Source: a virus. Taken from it: 64,000 nt of DNA. Below the pieces are notes generated by a model. That model worked only from the letters and a program-made list of their open reading frames with translations. It was not told where the DNA came from and searched no databases. Position numbers and translations under genes: made by a program. The stretch lies in UHGV virus genome UHGV-0286546; one strand, written 5' to 3'. Below are positions 36,998 to 46,664 of the stretch, piece after piece (within the stretch, counting starts at the first letter, position 1; each line of letters opens with the position of its first letter).

Positions 36998-39040
36998 TTA
37001 ATTCGGAATAGGAACAAATGGTTTAATTGTTGGATTGTTTGTAAATGTATAATCAATATCGTGATAAATAGGAGCGGTCATAATACCAAATGTAGGTTTC
37101 TGATTTTCGTCCCATTGTTTATCGTCACCAAAGACATACACATCAATAATATTATGTATATATAGAACTGTAGAGGCAATATTATAAAATGTTGTTCTAA
37201 ACTCTGTCATAAAAGTATCGTAATCAATTTCTGGCGGAATTTCAACTGCAACATTTACATGGTTTGTAGGATACCAATTTGATGGTCTATCCCATTCGAA
37301 CCATTCTATCCATTTACCTTTAATATCTTCCCAAACATAACCATAATCATAAAAATCTTTTGGTTTATCATCATTTACGGAACCATAATCAACTGTTGGT
37401 TTATTTGGGCCAGCTACAGGTTTAACAATATATTTATTAGTACGAGTAGGTTGCATTAAAAGCTCAGATTCGCCCTTATCATTTATAATCATGACAGGTC
37501 TATATTCTTTAAATGTAGGTACTAAATAAGTTTGTTCTCCTACTGTTACTGTACCTCTAGGCATATCTTCTAAAACACCTTCAGATCTTGGCATATTTGT
37601 AAGTGAATCTTCTTGATTAGCAAGCGTACCCACATCACCATAATCTTCATGAGGAAATACATATTCTCTATGATATTTTGCACCTAATTCTTCTGCAGTC
37701 CTAAATGTTACATATCGCTGTATCGGATCTTTACCTGAAGAAATGTCTCTAATAGGAGTAAATAATTGTTCAATATCAAGTATTCGTGAGTTTTTAGAAG
37801 ATACATTATAAAATCTATATGAATTTTCAGTACCAACTATCTTATAAAAGTTTGTTAATTCTTCAAGTAATGCATGTTTTTCTTCAAGGGTCATATTTTT
37901 AATGTTTACGCGTATACCCATGAATTCTATTAAATTATTTATCTGACTGCTATCTACTTTATTGATACTTCTAATATTTCTTAATCTTTGAATACTATCG
38001 TATGTTTCATTTAATAACAATTTTTGAAAAGTACCAAGTAATTCAGGAAACAATTTACCTTTTAAATCAAATTCAGATACATACTTAAGAATAGACTTTG
38101 TTTCTGGTACTTGTAAATAGTATTCGTTATTTTCAAAGGTTCCTTCTCTAGAAAACGGTACAACTTCAAGACATTTTACTGAATAAGTCTCAAAGTTATC
38201 ATCAATAATCATTAAGCAACCGTCCGTACCTTCTTCTCTAATGAAAAATCCTGGACGAACATCATCAATACTTAATCTTACGATATGTTGATTTACTTTT
38301 GCTATTACATCGTATAATAAAGGTACACTTTCACCATACTTATCTTTAGGACCATAGGAGAAATAACCAGGCTCTTCATCGAACAAGCAGTTTACAGTAT
38401 CATTAGGCAATCTATAATAATCAATTTTATCGACGCCCGGTCTATAATCTACGTTTATTGTTAATTTTTGGTTATTGTAAGTAAATTTATCATGAGTAAT
38501 CAATTGACCATTCTTAAAAAACATATATCTCTTGATTGTAAAATCATTTAGAGAAAATGTTCTAGTAGTCTGATTCCAAGTATCTACATTTTCAACATCA
38601 CCAAAATAAGCTAATTTCTGAATAACTGCAATTACAACTTTACTAGTCAATACATTTGCATATTTAGTTATAATAGTAAGACTTGTATCGTCGTTAATTG
38701 TATATTCATTAGGTGTCAGTTTATATCCATTAACAAATACTAAAATGTTATTATTCAGTAAGCCTTGTAAATCTCCGCCGTTTTTATCTCGACCTGAAAT
38801 TTTAACATTACCTTGCGTTAAATTTACAGAATATTCATAAGAAGTTGAATTACTTTCATATTGAAATAAGTTTAAGTTATTAACGACTTCTTCTTTAATA
38901 TTAACATACCCATCGACAACAGAATACATAGATTTAGGTACAACCAAACCGTTATTAAACAATAAAGTTGTCATACCTACTTTTGTAATTGATAACTGAT
39001 CTTTTATATATATCTTATTTATTTTATTTGGTTCAGTCAT
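36998..39040 (-). CDS. Baseplate wedge / fiber-network protein (by position after the J-like gene).
   Basis: 680 aa, immediately downstream of the 1079-aa gp6/J-like gene. Confidence 0.4.
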   Translation of the reverse strand: MTEPNKINKIYIKDQLSITKVGMTTLLFNNGLVVPKSMYSVVDGYVNIKEEVVNNLNLFQYESNSTSYEYSVNLTQGNVKISGRDKNGGDLQGLLNNNILVFVNGYKLTPNEYTINDDTSLTIITKYANVLTSKVVIAVIQKLAYFGDVENVDTWNQTTRTFSLNDFTIKRYMFFKNGQLITHDKFTYNNQKLTINVDYRPGVDKIDYYRLPNDTVNCLFDEEPGYFSYGPKDKYGESVPLLYDVIAKVNQHIVRLSIDDVRPGFFIREEGTDGCLMIIDDNFETYSVKCLEVVPFSREGTFENNEYYLQVPETKSILKYVSEFDLKGKLFPELLGTFQKLLLNETYDSIQRLRNIRSINKVDSSQINNLIEFMGIRVNIKNMTLEEKHALLEELTNFYKIVGTENSYRFYNVSSKNSRILDIEQLFTPIRDISSGKDPIQRYVTFRTAEELGAKYHREYVFPHEDYGDVGTLANQEDSLTNMPRSEGVLEDMPRGTVTVGEQTYLVPTFKEYRPVMIINDKGESELLMQPTRTNKYIVKPVAGPNKPTVDYGSVNDDKPKDFYDYGYVWEDIKGKWIEWFEWDRPSNWYPTNHVNVAVEIPPEIDYDTFMTEFRTTFYNIASTVLYIHNIIDVYVFGDDKQWDENQKPTFGIMTAPIYHDIDYTFTNNPTIKPFVPIPN

Positions 39041-39048
39041 TTCACATA

Positions 39049-42000
39049 CTATTTAAAGTTTTGGATTACTTCTATTACTTCTATATTTGATAAGATAAGT
39101 AAACCGTTTTTATTAACATCAATATTATCTAAAGGTGACAATACTCTACACCATGTCACATTTGGAGTTTTCATTACAGCAGTATAAATATCAGATAATT
39201 TCAAAGATTTACCAATATAATCAGGTGTAACCTCAAACAATTTGCTAATATTATTCTTAATGTTTTGTAAAATAATACCACTTGTCAACGTTGCTGTTTG
39301 AGATAATTCTGCTTCTACTTTAATTCTAACTTGAGTAATTTCTGGTTGTTTAAATTCCAAGAAAGTAGTAAAGTGATTATACTGATTAAGAATAGGCTGG
39401 TCTAAGTTATTAATACTTCTTGTATCGATTCTGTTACCTGTGAAACTAGCTTGGACTTGTAAGTTATTATAAGAAGTAATTTCAATCGTACCACCTACAC
39501 CAGCTTCTTGTCCATTACCAGAACTCAGTGTAGAAGTAATATTAACTACAAAACCAGAACCGGTAGAACCTTCTTGTGGAACAGTCAAGGTAGTTGCAAA
39601 TTCACCATTATAAGGAGTACCATAACTAATATTCTTTAACCAAACAGCATTTAAAACAGCGCCTGAATTATCAACGGTAGAAACACGTAATTGTAAATCT
39701 CCATTTGTTCCGTTTACTGTTACAATGTCATTCGGTCTATATCCTGTACCACCTTTACCTAATTCAACACGTCCTTGATCTAAATTTAGCTTCGCTGTAT
39801 ATACTAAGGTTTTATCTAAGGAAGCTGGAGTATCCATAGAAATAAATTCAGTACCGGCTAATGTTGTATTTCCATCTATTCTAACTGTATAAACAGCATT
39901 ATCGATATTTACAATTTCAACAGTAAATGGAATTGAAACTTTATCGTTTTTGAAGATGTATGCTAAAAGGTTTCCATCTCTATATCCATTTGCAGAGGTT
40001 AATCCGTTTAAAGCAACATTATAACCATACATCGGAAAAGAAGCAGTATTTAAAAGATCGTGAGTCAAGTAACCTTCTGCATTACCTCCTGGACCCGGAT
40101 CACCTGCTTTTGGGAATCTAACCTCAAAATAACCATTCTGATCGTAGTATAAAACAGATGCATCTTCTTCATATAACATTTTCATTTTACTAAATGTAAT
40201 GAATGGATCGCCAACTGTATTATCAGTATCTACAGAATAAAATTCAATTACGTAGTGCTTATATCTATTATAAATAGGACGTCCAGAAGAATCATATTTA
40301 CCCTGGAAACATGCAGTAGGAATCCAATCAGTCCAATTATCGTTTTCATTATTATACGGATTGTTCAAAAACGTTCTGTCAATTAATCTATCCCAGTTTT
40401 CACTATTACGAATGTTATTCAAACTAGGCATTGGATCCATATTAGTACCAAACATAGCAATAGTACCAATAAATGTACCATGCTCTAAACTAGTTGCTTG
40501 GAATTTAATACCTGCAATAGCTTTTTCTTCTGAGAAAGTTGTTATAATTTGTACAGGTTGTAATAAGCTAGGCTCCCAAACACTTTGATAATATAAATCT
40601 GGACTTTGATCAGATCTAGCATTAATCAGTGGATTATTCTGAACAGGAGCAGGTATAATTCCTCTATCGTCATTTGTATAAATTAATGTGGAACTAGGAG
40701 TACTTTCAATCTTTAAATTAACTTGTAAACCTGTACCATTTCCTGGAACACTTGGATAAATGGTTGTAAACGGATTTGGATGTTTTTGTACCCAGTTATC
40801 GGTAACTTTATATGTAATTAAACCGACTTTAGTAACACCACCACTGCTATTAATTGCTTCAACACGTACTTTTAATTCATTGTTTGTATTTTGGATAAGT
40901 AATTCTTCATTAATTTTATAATTTGCACCACTACTAGCAATCGCAATATCAGCAAGAGAAGCTGTATATTCGGTTGTCATCGTATTTTTCCAATCTGGTA
41001 ATAAGCTATCTCTTGGATCTTTGGTGTTATCATTAATAAAGAGTTGTCCTTTTGCTCCTGTATCTTGAACCAAAATAGTATTTTCAGAATTACTCATATT
41101 CTCAATCTTAAAAGAGAAAGAACCCCAAAAACCTCGAACAGAGTTAAGCATACCAGCAAATACAGTTTTGTCACTAATTGAGCCGACAATAAAATATGGA
41201 TAAGTTTGGAATGATTTAATACCAGTATAATAAACCATATTCATCATCAAAGAATCATATGCACCTACTTTATTGGCTTCTTCATATTCACCCCAAACAG
41301 CAGCAGTCAAATATCCGCATTTATTCTGTAAGAGTGCTTCATAATCTTGTCTACGTACAGCACGATGACCAGAAGCAAATACCATAGGAGAAGTATACCG
41401 TAATGTTTCAACTGATTGTTTAGAAAATCCACCGTAAGCAGTCGTGGTAGTATTAACAGTAACATCTAAAGTTTCTACATTACCTAAACTATTCATATAA
41501 GTTAAAACAGTAAGTAATGAACCTTGTTTTCCAGTTTCCGAAATATTACCTTCTTCACCTTCGTTGGAAACATATGTAATTTGAATATTACTTCCAGACA
41601 TAGGCATATTACCAAGCTGATTATTACCAACTTTAATATACGACCTACCGTCTGGATCTGTTTTCAGTACACATACATTCATCTGACTTGGATCATAAAC
41701 TGCACTTTTATCATATGCCAAGAAAGATTCGTCAACAATCCATTCTTCACCATTTACTTTAACAGATACGTAATTATGATTACATTTAAAATCTGAAGAA
41801 AAGTAGAATTTTTCGTTTTCAATACCATTAGAGGTTTTATTTACTTCTACAATTTCACCTTGTACTAATATAACTTCGGTTACAGTTTCAACGTTTGCCG
41901 GACATATAATAGCAGAAGGGTTAAAAAATTTCTTACCGTCAATCAAAAATTGTGTATTGGCTGGAATAGTAATAGTCATACCAACAAAGTTATTTTTTGT

Positions 42001-42288
42001 AATATTGGCTTGACATTGTGATGAAACGTTACCGTGTAAAGTATTACCAAGAGTATTAGCTAATTGATAAACACCAGCTTCTGAAAATGCACTATCCGTA
42101 TAACAGTTTGCAAGAGCTGTACATAAACAATATTGAAGCATTGCACCGTATGCTGAAAATACGTTAACCAGTGCTTCAGAAGTATCGGATGGGTACATTG
42201 CTCTAAAGGTTTCACTTTCTGTACTCCACTGTTGTGTAATTGCAGTAGCTAAAGATTCAACATCATAAATAATATTATCGAGTTTCAT
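39049..42288 (-). CDS. Baseplate wedge protein (gp6 / P2 gpJ-like, by position after gp25/W).
   Basis: 1079 aa. Directly follows the gp25/W homolog, as in the P2 V-W-J and T4 gp25-gp6 order. Confidence 0.45.
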   Translation of the reverse strand: MKLDNIIYDVESLATAITQQWSTESETFRAMYPSDTSEALVNVFSAYGAMLQYCLCTALANCYTDSAFSEAGVYQLANTLGNTLHGNVSSQCQANITKNNFVGMTITIPANTQFLIDGKKFFNPSAIICPANVETVTEVILVQGEIVEVNKTSNGIENEKFYFSSDFKCNHNYVSVKVNGEEWIVDESFLAYDKSAVYDPSQMNVCVLKTDPDGRSYIKVGNNQLGNMPMSGSNIQITYVSNEGEEGNISETGKQGSLLTVLTYMNSLGNVETLDVTVNTTTTAYGGFSKQSVETLRYTSPMVFASGHRAVRRQDYEALLQNKCGYLTAAVWGEYEEANKVGAYDSLMMNMVYYTGIKSFQTYPYFIVGSISDKTVFAGMLNSVRGFWGSFSFKIENMSNSENTILVQDTGAKGQLFINDNTKDPRDSLLPDWKNTMTTEYTASLADIAIASSGANYKINEELLIQNTNNELKVRVEAINSSGGVTKVGLITYKVTDNWVQKHPNPFTTIYPSVPGNGTGLQVNLKIESTPSSTLIYTNDDRGIIPAPVQNNPLINARSDQSPDLYYQSVWEPSLLQPVQIITTFSEEKAIAGIKFQATSLEHGTFIGTIAMFGTNMDPMPSLNNIRNSENWDRLIDRTFLNNPYNNENDNWTDWIPTACFQGKYDSSGRPIYNRYKHYVIEFYSVDTDNTVGDPFITFSKMKMLYEEDASVLYYDQNGYFEVRFPKAGDPGPGGNAEGYLTHDLLNTASFPMYGYNVALNGLTSANGYRDGNLLAYIFKNDKVSIPFTVEIVNIDNAVYTVRIDGNTTLAGTEFISMDTPASLDKTLVYTAKLNLDQGRVELGKGGTGYRPNDIVTVNGTNGDLQLRVSTVDNSGAVLNAVWLKNISYGTPYNGEFATTLTVPQEGSTGSGFVVNITSTLSSGNGQEAGVGGTIEITSYNNLQVQASFTGNRIDTRSINNLDQPILNQYNHFTTFLEFKQPEITQVRIKVEAELSQTATLTSGIILQNIKNNISKLFEVTPDYIGKSLKLSDIYTAVMKTPNVTWCRVLSPLDNIDVNKNGLLILSNIEVIEVIQNFK

Positions 42289-42295
42289 ATTTTAC

Positions 42296-42667
42296 TTACT
42301 CACTTGTAATAGTAGCATTTACTGTACCCTCTGTTTCTCCTAATGCTGGAACAGTAAAAGTACAACTTACAATATATTGATTACCTTTTTTTTCGATTGC
42401 GATATTTGCCGGATTTAAACTTACTCTAGGCTCAAATCTACTAATATCCATGTATAAAAACATTTCAACATCAGAGGGATCGACGTTGTTTTCAAATAAT
42501 AAAGTTTTTAAAGAAGTACCGTACTCTCTATTAAATGGAACATCGCCTTTTCCTGTACTAAAAAGACGCTCTAAACTTTTTTTGATATTTGCAAGATCTG
42601 TTAAAACCGCAACGTTATTTTTCGGGCTGGTCCTAAAAGATACATTTAAATCACTAAACTTTGCCAT
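42296..42667 (-). CDS. Baseplate wedge protein gp25/W (lysozyme-like fold).
   Basis: IKKSLERLFSTGKGDVPFNREYGTSLKTLLFENNVDPSDVEMFLYMDISRFEPRV is collinear with T4 gp25 IKNSLLGIITTRKGSRPFDPEFGCDLSDQLFENMTPLTADTVERNIESAVRNYEPRI. Confidence 0.9.
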   Translation of the reverse strand: MAKFSDLNVSFRTSPKNNVAVLTDLANIKKSLERLFSTGKGDVPFNREYGTSLKTLLFENNVDPSDVEMFLYMDISRFEPRVSLNPANIAIEKKGNQYIVSCTFTVPALGETEGTVNATITSE

Positions 42668-42749
42668 GTATAAAATATTTGAATGGAGAATGTATATTTT
42701 ACTTTTTAATTAGAACTTATTTAGTGATATATTGTTAAGAAATAATAAA

Positions 42750-43454
42750 TTAACCTTGACCCGGCTGAGTAGGTGTTGGACCACCAGGGCCTGGATTATA
42801 TTGGTGTGTATGCGTGGATAAATTAACAGCACCACTTTTAGCACTAACTTCGCCATCCGCTGTCACATTTCCACCTACTTTTAAATTTCCTGTTATTTCG
42901 TTATTTGGACATTCTACTCTTGTTGAATTAGCCTTTACATTGGCATTTGTACATTCAACGGATATATTAGTACATTTTATAGTGATATTCGTAGCAATAT
43001 TGGCATTTATATTTTTCACTTTATCAATATTTATGTCACCATCGAATAACATTTGGAATAATTTTTGGACTTTATCTATACCTATAAATTGCCCGTCTGT
43101 TCGATATACTCCATAAGTATTCAAATAAGACTCTCCGGAAGGCGTCTGGTTAGTCTTTTTATAAATACAACCTAGATATAGTAAAGAATTAAAATCGTCT
43201 CCTACGGCCAAAATAAGTACCTTAGAACCAACCTCCGGAATCTTATGTGATAAATCAGCAGAATCACTCATTCCCATGAAGGCGGTATCTACTCTTGCTG
43301 CCCACGGTAATTGTTCAGTTGTAATAGAAGAAGGGTGTAACTCATTAATACGTACTTTTACTCTATAATTGAAGGTAGGATCATTGTTATCTTCAACAGT
43401 CCCAATAAAGAGAGGATTTGATATTTTTTTATTTATAGTAGAGTAACCTTGCAT
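42750..43454 (-). CDS. Baseplate central spike protein (gp5 / P2 gpV-like: N-terminal OB domain plus C-terminal beta-helix needle).
   Basis: The N-terminus PLFIGTVEDNNDPTFNYRVKVRI...QLPWAARV fits the Phage_base_V OB fold. The C-terminus carries repetitive VxxNxTxV beta-helix repeats and ends STHTHQYNPGPGGPT. Confidence 0.7.
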   Translation of the reverse strand: MQGYSTINKKISNPLFIGTVEDNNDPTFNYRVKVRINELHPSSITTEQLPWAARVDTAFMGMSDSADLSHKIPEVGSKVLILAVGDDFNSLLYLGCIYKKTNQTPSGESYLNTYGVYRTDGQFIGIDKVQKLFQMLFDGDINIDKVKNINANIATNITIKCTNISVECTNANVKANSTRVECPNNEITGNLKVGGNVTADGEVSAKSGAVNLSTHTHQYNPGPGGPTPTQPGQG

Positions 43455-44603
43455 TTAGTATGTATCTCTCGTTTTACCTTTACTATTTAATCCTTGCATA
43501 ACCATCTCAACATTAGCAGTGATTGCGCCTGGATTCATCGTAATATGTATAGCATCAATTATATATGTACCTGATAACGCCATAAGTTTATTTGTTTTAT
43601 CTTGTGCATCTAAATATTCAAAGTTTACAATCTGTCCTAATCTATATGGCTGGAAAAATTGACTCTGGACTGTTACATAAGATGAATAAGTTGCTAATAC
43701 ACGTTTGTTTTGTTTATAGGCATTATAATAATTAGAATGAAAATTACCAACATCAAAAGGATACCAATCTTGACTTAATCCTTGTGATAATTCTTTTGAT
43801 ATATTAATAAGATTACTTTCTGCAACTACTTTTCTTGATGCAGGCTCTTTCCAAGAATAAGTCAATACATCAAAATATAAATCTGTACCGCCATAACCTT
43901 CGTTTTTAAGATTATTTGTACCAGATTGAATAGAAGCAGCCGTCGATGTATATCCAAATTGTTTTGTTTTTAAATTTGGTGTCGGAGACTGTACAAAAGT
44001 ATAAACATTCGAGTGTCTGTCTCTAAATAATGAAGTAAGATTTTTATAGAGAAGAGTTTTATATCTATCTATACACCAAAACATACCAGAAGTTTCATTT
44101 ACATATCCATATTGAGTCATATAATTGAAAAATTGATATGTATTTCTATTTCCAGCTACCCACAATTGTAAATCATTAGTTTGATCGATTTCTGCTTTCA
44201 AATTACTATTTGCTGCAATTGTCTTAAACACTTCACTTGATAATGCATATCGATTAAAATTATTTACTTGTCTATAACCTTGAAAATAATCTAATACTCC
44301 TTCAATATGTAGCATTACAAATTTTTGACTTAATTCTAAACGTCTTACATTATAGATACGGAAAGGATATGTATCGTTAATACCCCAAAGCTTAGCGATT
44401 ATTTGGAATTTAATTTGTGTACCATCAACAATCGTTTTATAGTCAAAAGCATTAATAGGTATAGATATTTCTAATTCACAGGTAGGAATAGATCGCATTA
44501 TAGATTCGTAAATGTCAGCTTTAGCCAGTACTACGCCTTTGCTTTTTAAAATATCTGTTCCTTCAATGAGGATTTTTAAATCGTATGTACTTTGAATTTC
44601 CAT
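43455..44603 (-). CDS. Baseplate hub protein (gp27-like, by position and size).
   Basis: 382 aa (T4 gp27 is about 391 aa). It immediately precedes the spike gene, with an adjacent stop/start. Confidence 0.35.
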   Translation of the reverse strand: MEIQSTYDLKILIEGTDILKSKGVVLAKADIYESIMRSIPTCELEISIPINAFDYKTIVDGTQIKFQIIAKLWGINDTYPFRIYNVRRLELSQKFVMLHIEGVLDYFQGYRQVNNFNRYALSSEVFKTIAANSNLKAEIDQTNDLQLWVAGNRNTYQFFNYMTQYGYVNETSGMFWCIDRYKTLLYKNLTSLFRDRHSNVYTFVQSPTPNLKTKQFGYTSTAASIQSGTNNLKNEGYGGTDLYFDVLTYSWKEPASRKVVAESNLINISKELSQGLSQDWYPFDVGNFHSNYYNAYKQNKRVLATYSSYVTVQSQFFQPYRLGQIVNFEYLDAQDKTNKLMALSGTYIIDAIHITMNPGAITANVEMVMQGLNSKGKTRDTY

Positions 44604-45004
44604 TAGTTTAATTCTATTACTGAACCTATACGAGTTTCGTCTTGCGCACCTTGATTGTTATTGTTATTAGAATCTTCAATAAATCCATCAATACTATCTT
44701 GTTGTGCAATTTGATATACCCAATTCTCTTTGAACTGAGTAAAAGGATCTTCAATTCCATTAAGAAAAAGTATCCACCACCAATATTCTGTACTTCCTAA
44801 TCTACTATTTTTTGCTACTAATTCTGGATAGTCTTGTTCGTGATTAGAAACTAAATAATTCTGGTCATAGTTTATTTTAATTGTACTTTCATTAAAGCCA
44901 GTAAATAAGTTCATTAACCCTTTATTTAAATCTGTTACCGCTATACCATTATTATCAATACAAGTAGCTGAAAAAAACGAATCAAATTTTGTTGTATTAG
45001 CCAT
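44603..45004 (-). CDS. Hypothetical baseplate-module protein.
   Basis: 133 aa, overlaps the downstream start (ATGA). Confidence 0.5.
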   Translation of the reverse strand: MANTTKFDSFFSATCIDNNGIAVTDLNKGLMNLFTGFNESTIKINYDQNYLVSNHEQDYPELVAKNSRLGSTEYWWWILFLNGIEDPFTQFKENWVYQIAQQDSIDGFIEDSNNNNNQGAQDETRIGSVIELN

Positions 45005-45013
45005 TATTCACCT

Positions 45014-46024
45014 CTATTCTTTTTTCTCAGTTTTATCAACAGGAAGGAAATCAGCAACATCTATTTCACCATATCCCATATTAGATTGTCGCTTATTCCA
45101 TAACATATTTGAATAAGTATCTGCAGTCATTGCTTCGATTGTTGATATGTTTATTGTAACATTAGCTAATAAAGGAACCAAATATGAATTTCCAGAATCA
45201 CCAGGACGGATATGATTAGGATAGGTATGTCTAATCATTGTTTTTGTATTAGGATATTCTACACTTATGCTTTCAACAATACAGTTATCTACAATTAATA
45301 TACCTCCTAACTGTAAAAGAATATGAGCATAGTTCGTACGTAAATTTAATTTTTCTTGGCCATCATATTTAATAGAAACATTTAGCGGAGAAGGAGGAGG
45401 ACTATAAAAACCTAATGCGCCAACTTGTTTAGGCAAACACAAACTACCGAGAAATTCTAATGCTTCAACAAAGTTAGTGTTTTTACCGGTAGCATCTTTT
45501 TGTAATTCATAACCGTCGTCGATAACAGGAATACGTAAAGATAAACGTAAAGGCTCTGTTCCTGCCCATACTTTTAATGTGGTTGCTCGGTTAACGGAAC
45601 CAATAGCATCTGTACCACCGGTGTATGTGCCGCTTACCATCTGCATAACACCATTTACTAGGTTACCACCACTAAATGAGCTTAAAGGCATTTCCCATTT
45701 TGAACCGATATTATATGAAAATTGTTCTGGGAGATTTGCTGAAATAAGATAAGTGTCAAAATTCTTAATATCAGTATGCCCATACATATTTGAAAAATCA
45801 GAAATATACAAGCGGGTCTGATGAAACTTTCTTAAATGCTTATTTGTAACTTGATCATTATCAGCCAAACCGATATCAGAGAAATCTAAAGATTTATGTC
45901 TAGCAGCATTACGACTAACATTAGAATAAACCTCTTTTGAGCTTATATTATTTATAATATTATCTACAGTATTTTTTATACTAGCTTTTGTTTCTGCGAT
46001 AGTTGATATAGCATAATTGGCCAT
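45014..46024 (-). CDS. Hypothetical baseplate/tail protein.
   Basis: 336-aa ORF in the late operon. Confidence 0.5.
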   Translation of the reverse strand: MANYAISTIAETKASIKNTVDNIINNISSKEVYSNVSRNAARHKSLDFSDIGLADNDQVTNKHLRKFHQTRLYISDFSNMYGHTDIKNFDTYLISANLPEQFSYNIGSKWEMPLSSFSGGNLVNGVMQMVSGTYTGGTDAIGSVNRATTLKVWAGTEPLRLSLRIPVIDDGYELQKDATGKNTNFVEALEFLGSLCLPKQVGALGFYSPPPSPLNVSIKYDGQEKLNLRTNYAHILLQLGGILIVDNCIVESISVEYPNTKTMIRHTYPNHIRPGDSGNSYLVPLLANVTINISTIEAMTADTYSNMLWNKRQSNMGYGEIDVADFLPVDKTEKKE

Positions 46025-46029
46025 TTGTT

Positions 46030-46599
46030 CTAATACATCCGTTTAATTTTAATTCTTTTTATGATACGTGGAATATAGACATCATCAAAATCTGTAATAT
46101 CCACGGTTTCTCGTTTAAAGGTTTCAAAGGCTGATCTAGAAGTAAACATTGGTACAAAGCCTTCTTCTTCAATATACGGTGTAACCAATTCATGTTTATT
46201 TCTATCTACTGCAATCGAATATCCTGTTTGTAATTTATAATAAAAATCTCCGTCTTTAACACCATCCGAATAAATATAATAATTATACACACTCGGAGCT
46301 GACCCGGTACTTCCATCTACACCACAGTTTCTAATATATCCGGTATCAGAACTATCAAGCAACTCTCTGTTTTTCTTATCTTTTACAAACTTTTTACAAT
46401 CCGAATGAGACTCGAACCAAATTTTTGTATGATCTGCTTCAAACGTTTGACCACCTGAATCCTGCATCTGCCAAACTTGTTCCCTAGTACAGCTCAAACC
46501 ATCAATATTATACTTACATTTAGAACTTGTATCAATATCTTGATGTAAACTTGCACAACCTGATAACAATAACATACAAGCAATAACTAACTTTTTCAT
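46030..46599 (-). CDS. Predicted lipoprotein (signal peptide with lipobox).
   Basis: MKKLVIACMLLLSGCASL gives the lipobox LSGC. The mature protein is Cys-rich (8 Cys). An SD (AGGAGG) is present. Confidence 0.6.
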   Translation of the reverse strand: MKKLVIACMLLLSGCASLHQDIDTSSKCKYNIDGLSCTREQVWQMQDSGGQTFEADHTKIWFESHSDCKKFVKDKKNRELLDSSDTGYIRNCGVDGSTGSAPSVYNYYIYSDGVKDGDFYYKLQTGYSIAVDRNKHELVTPYIEEEGFVPMFTSRSAFETFKRETVDITDFDDVYIPRIIKRIKIKRMY

Positions 46600-46664
46600 G
46601 ACAAACCTCCTATTTAATCTTTATAATTATATTGTGTCATGTTTAGCTATGTATGTAAAACAGT

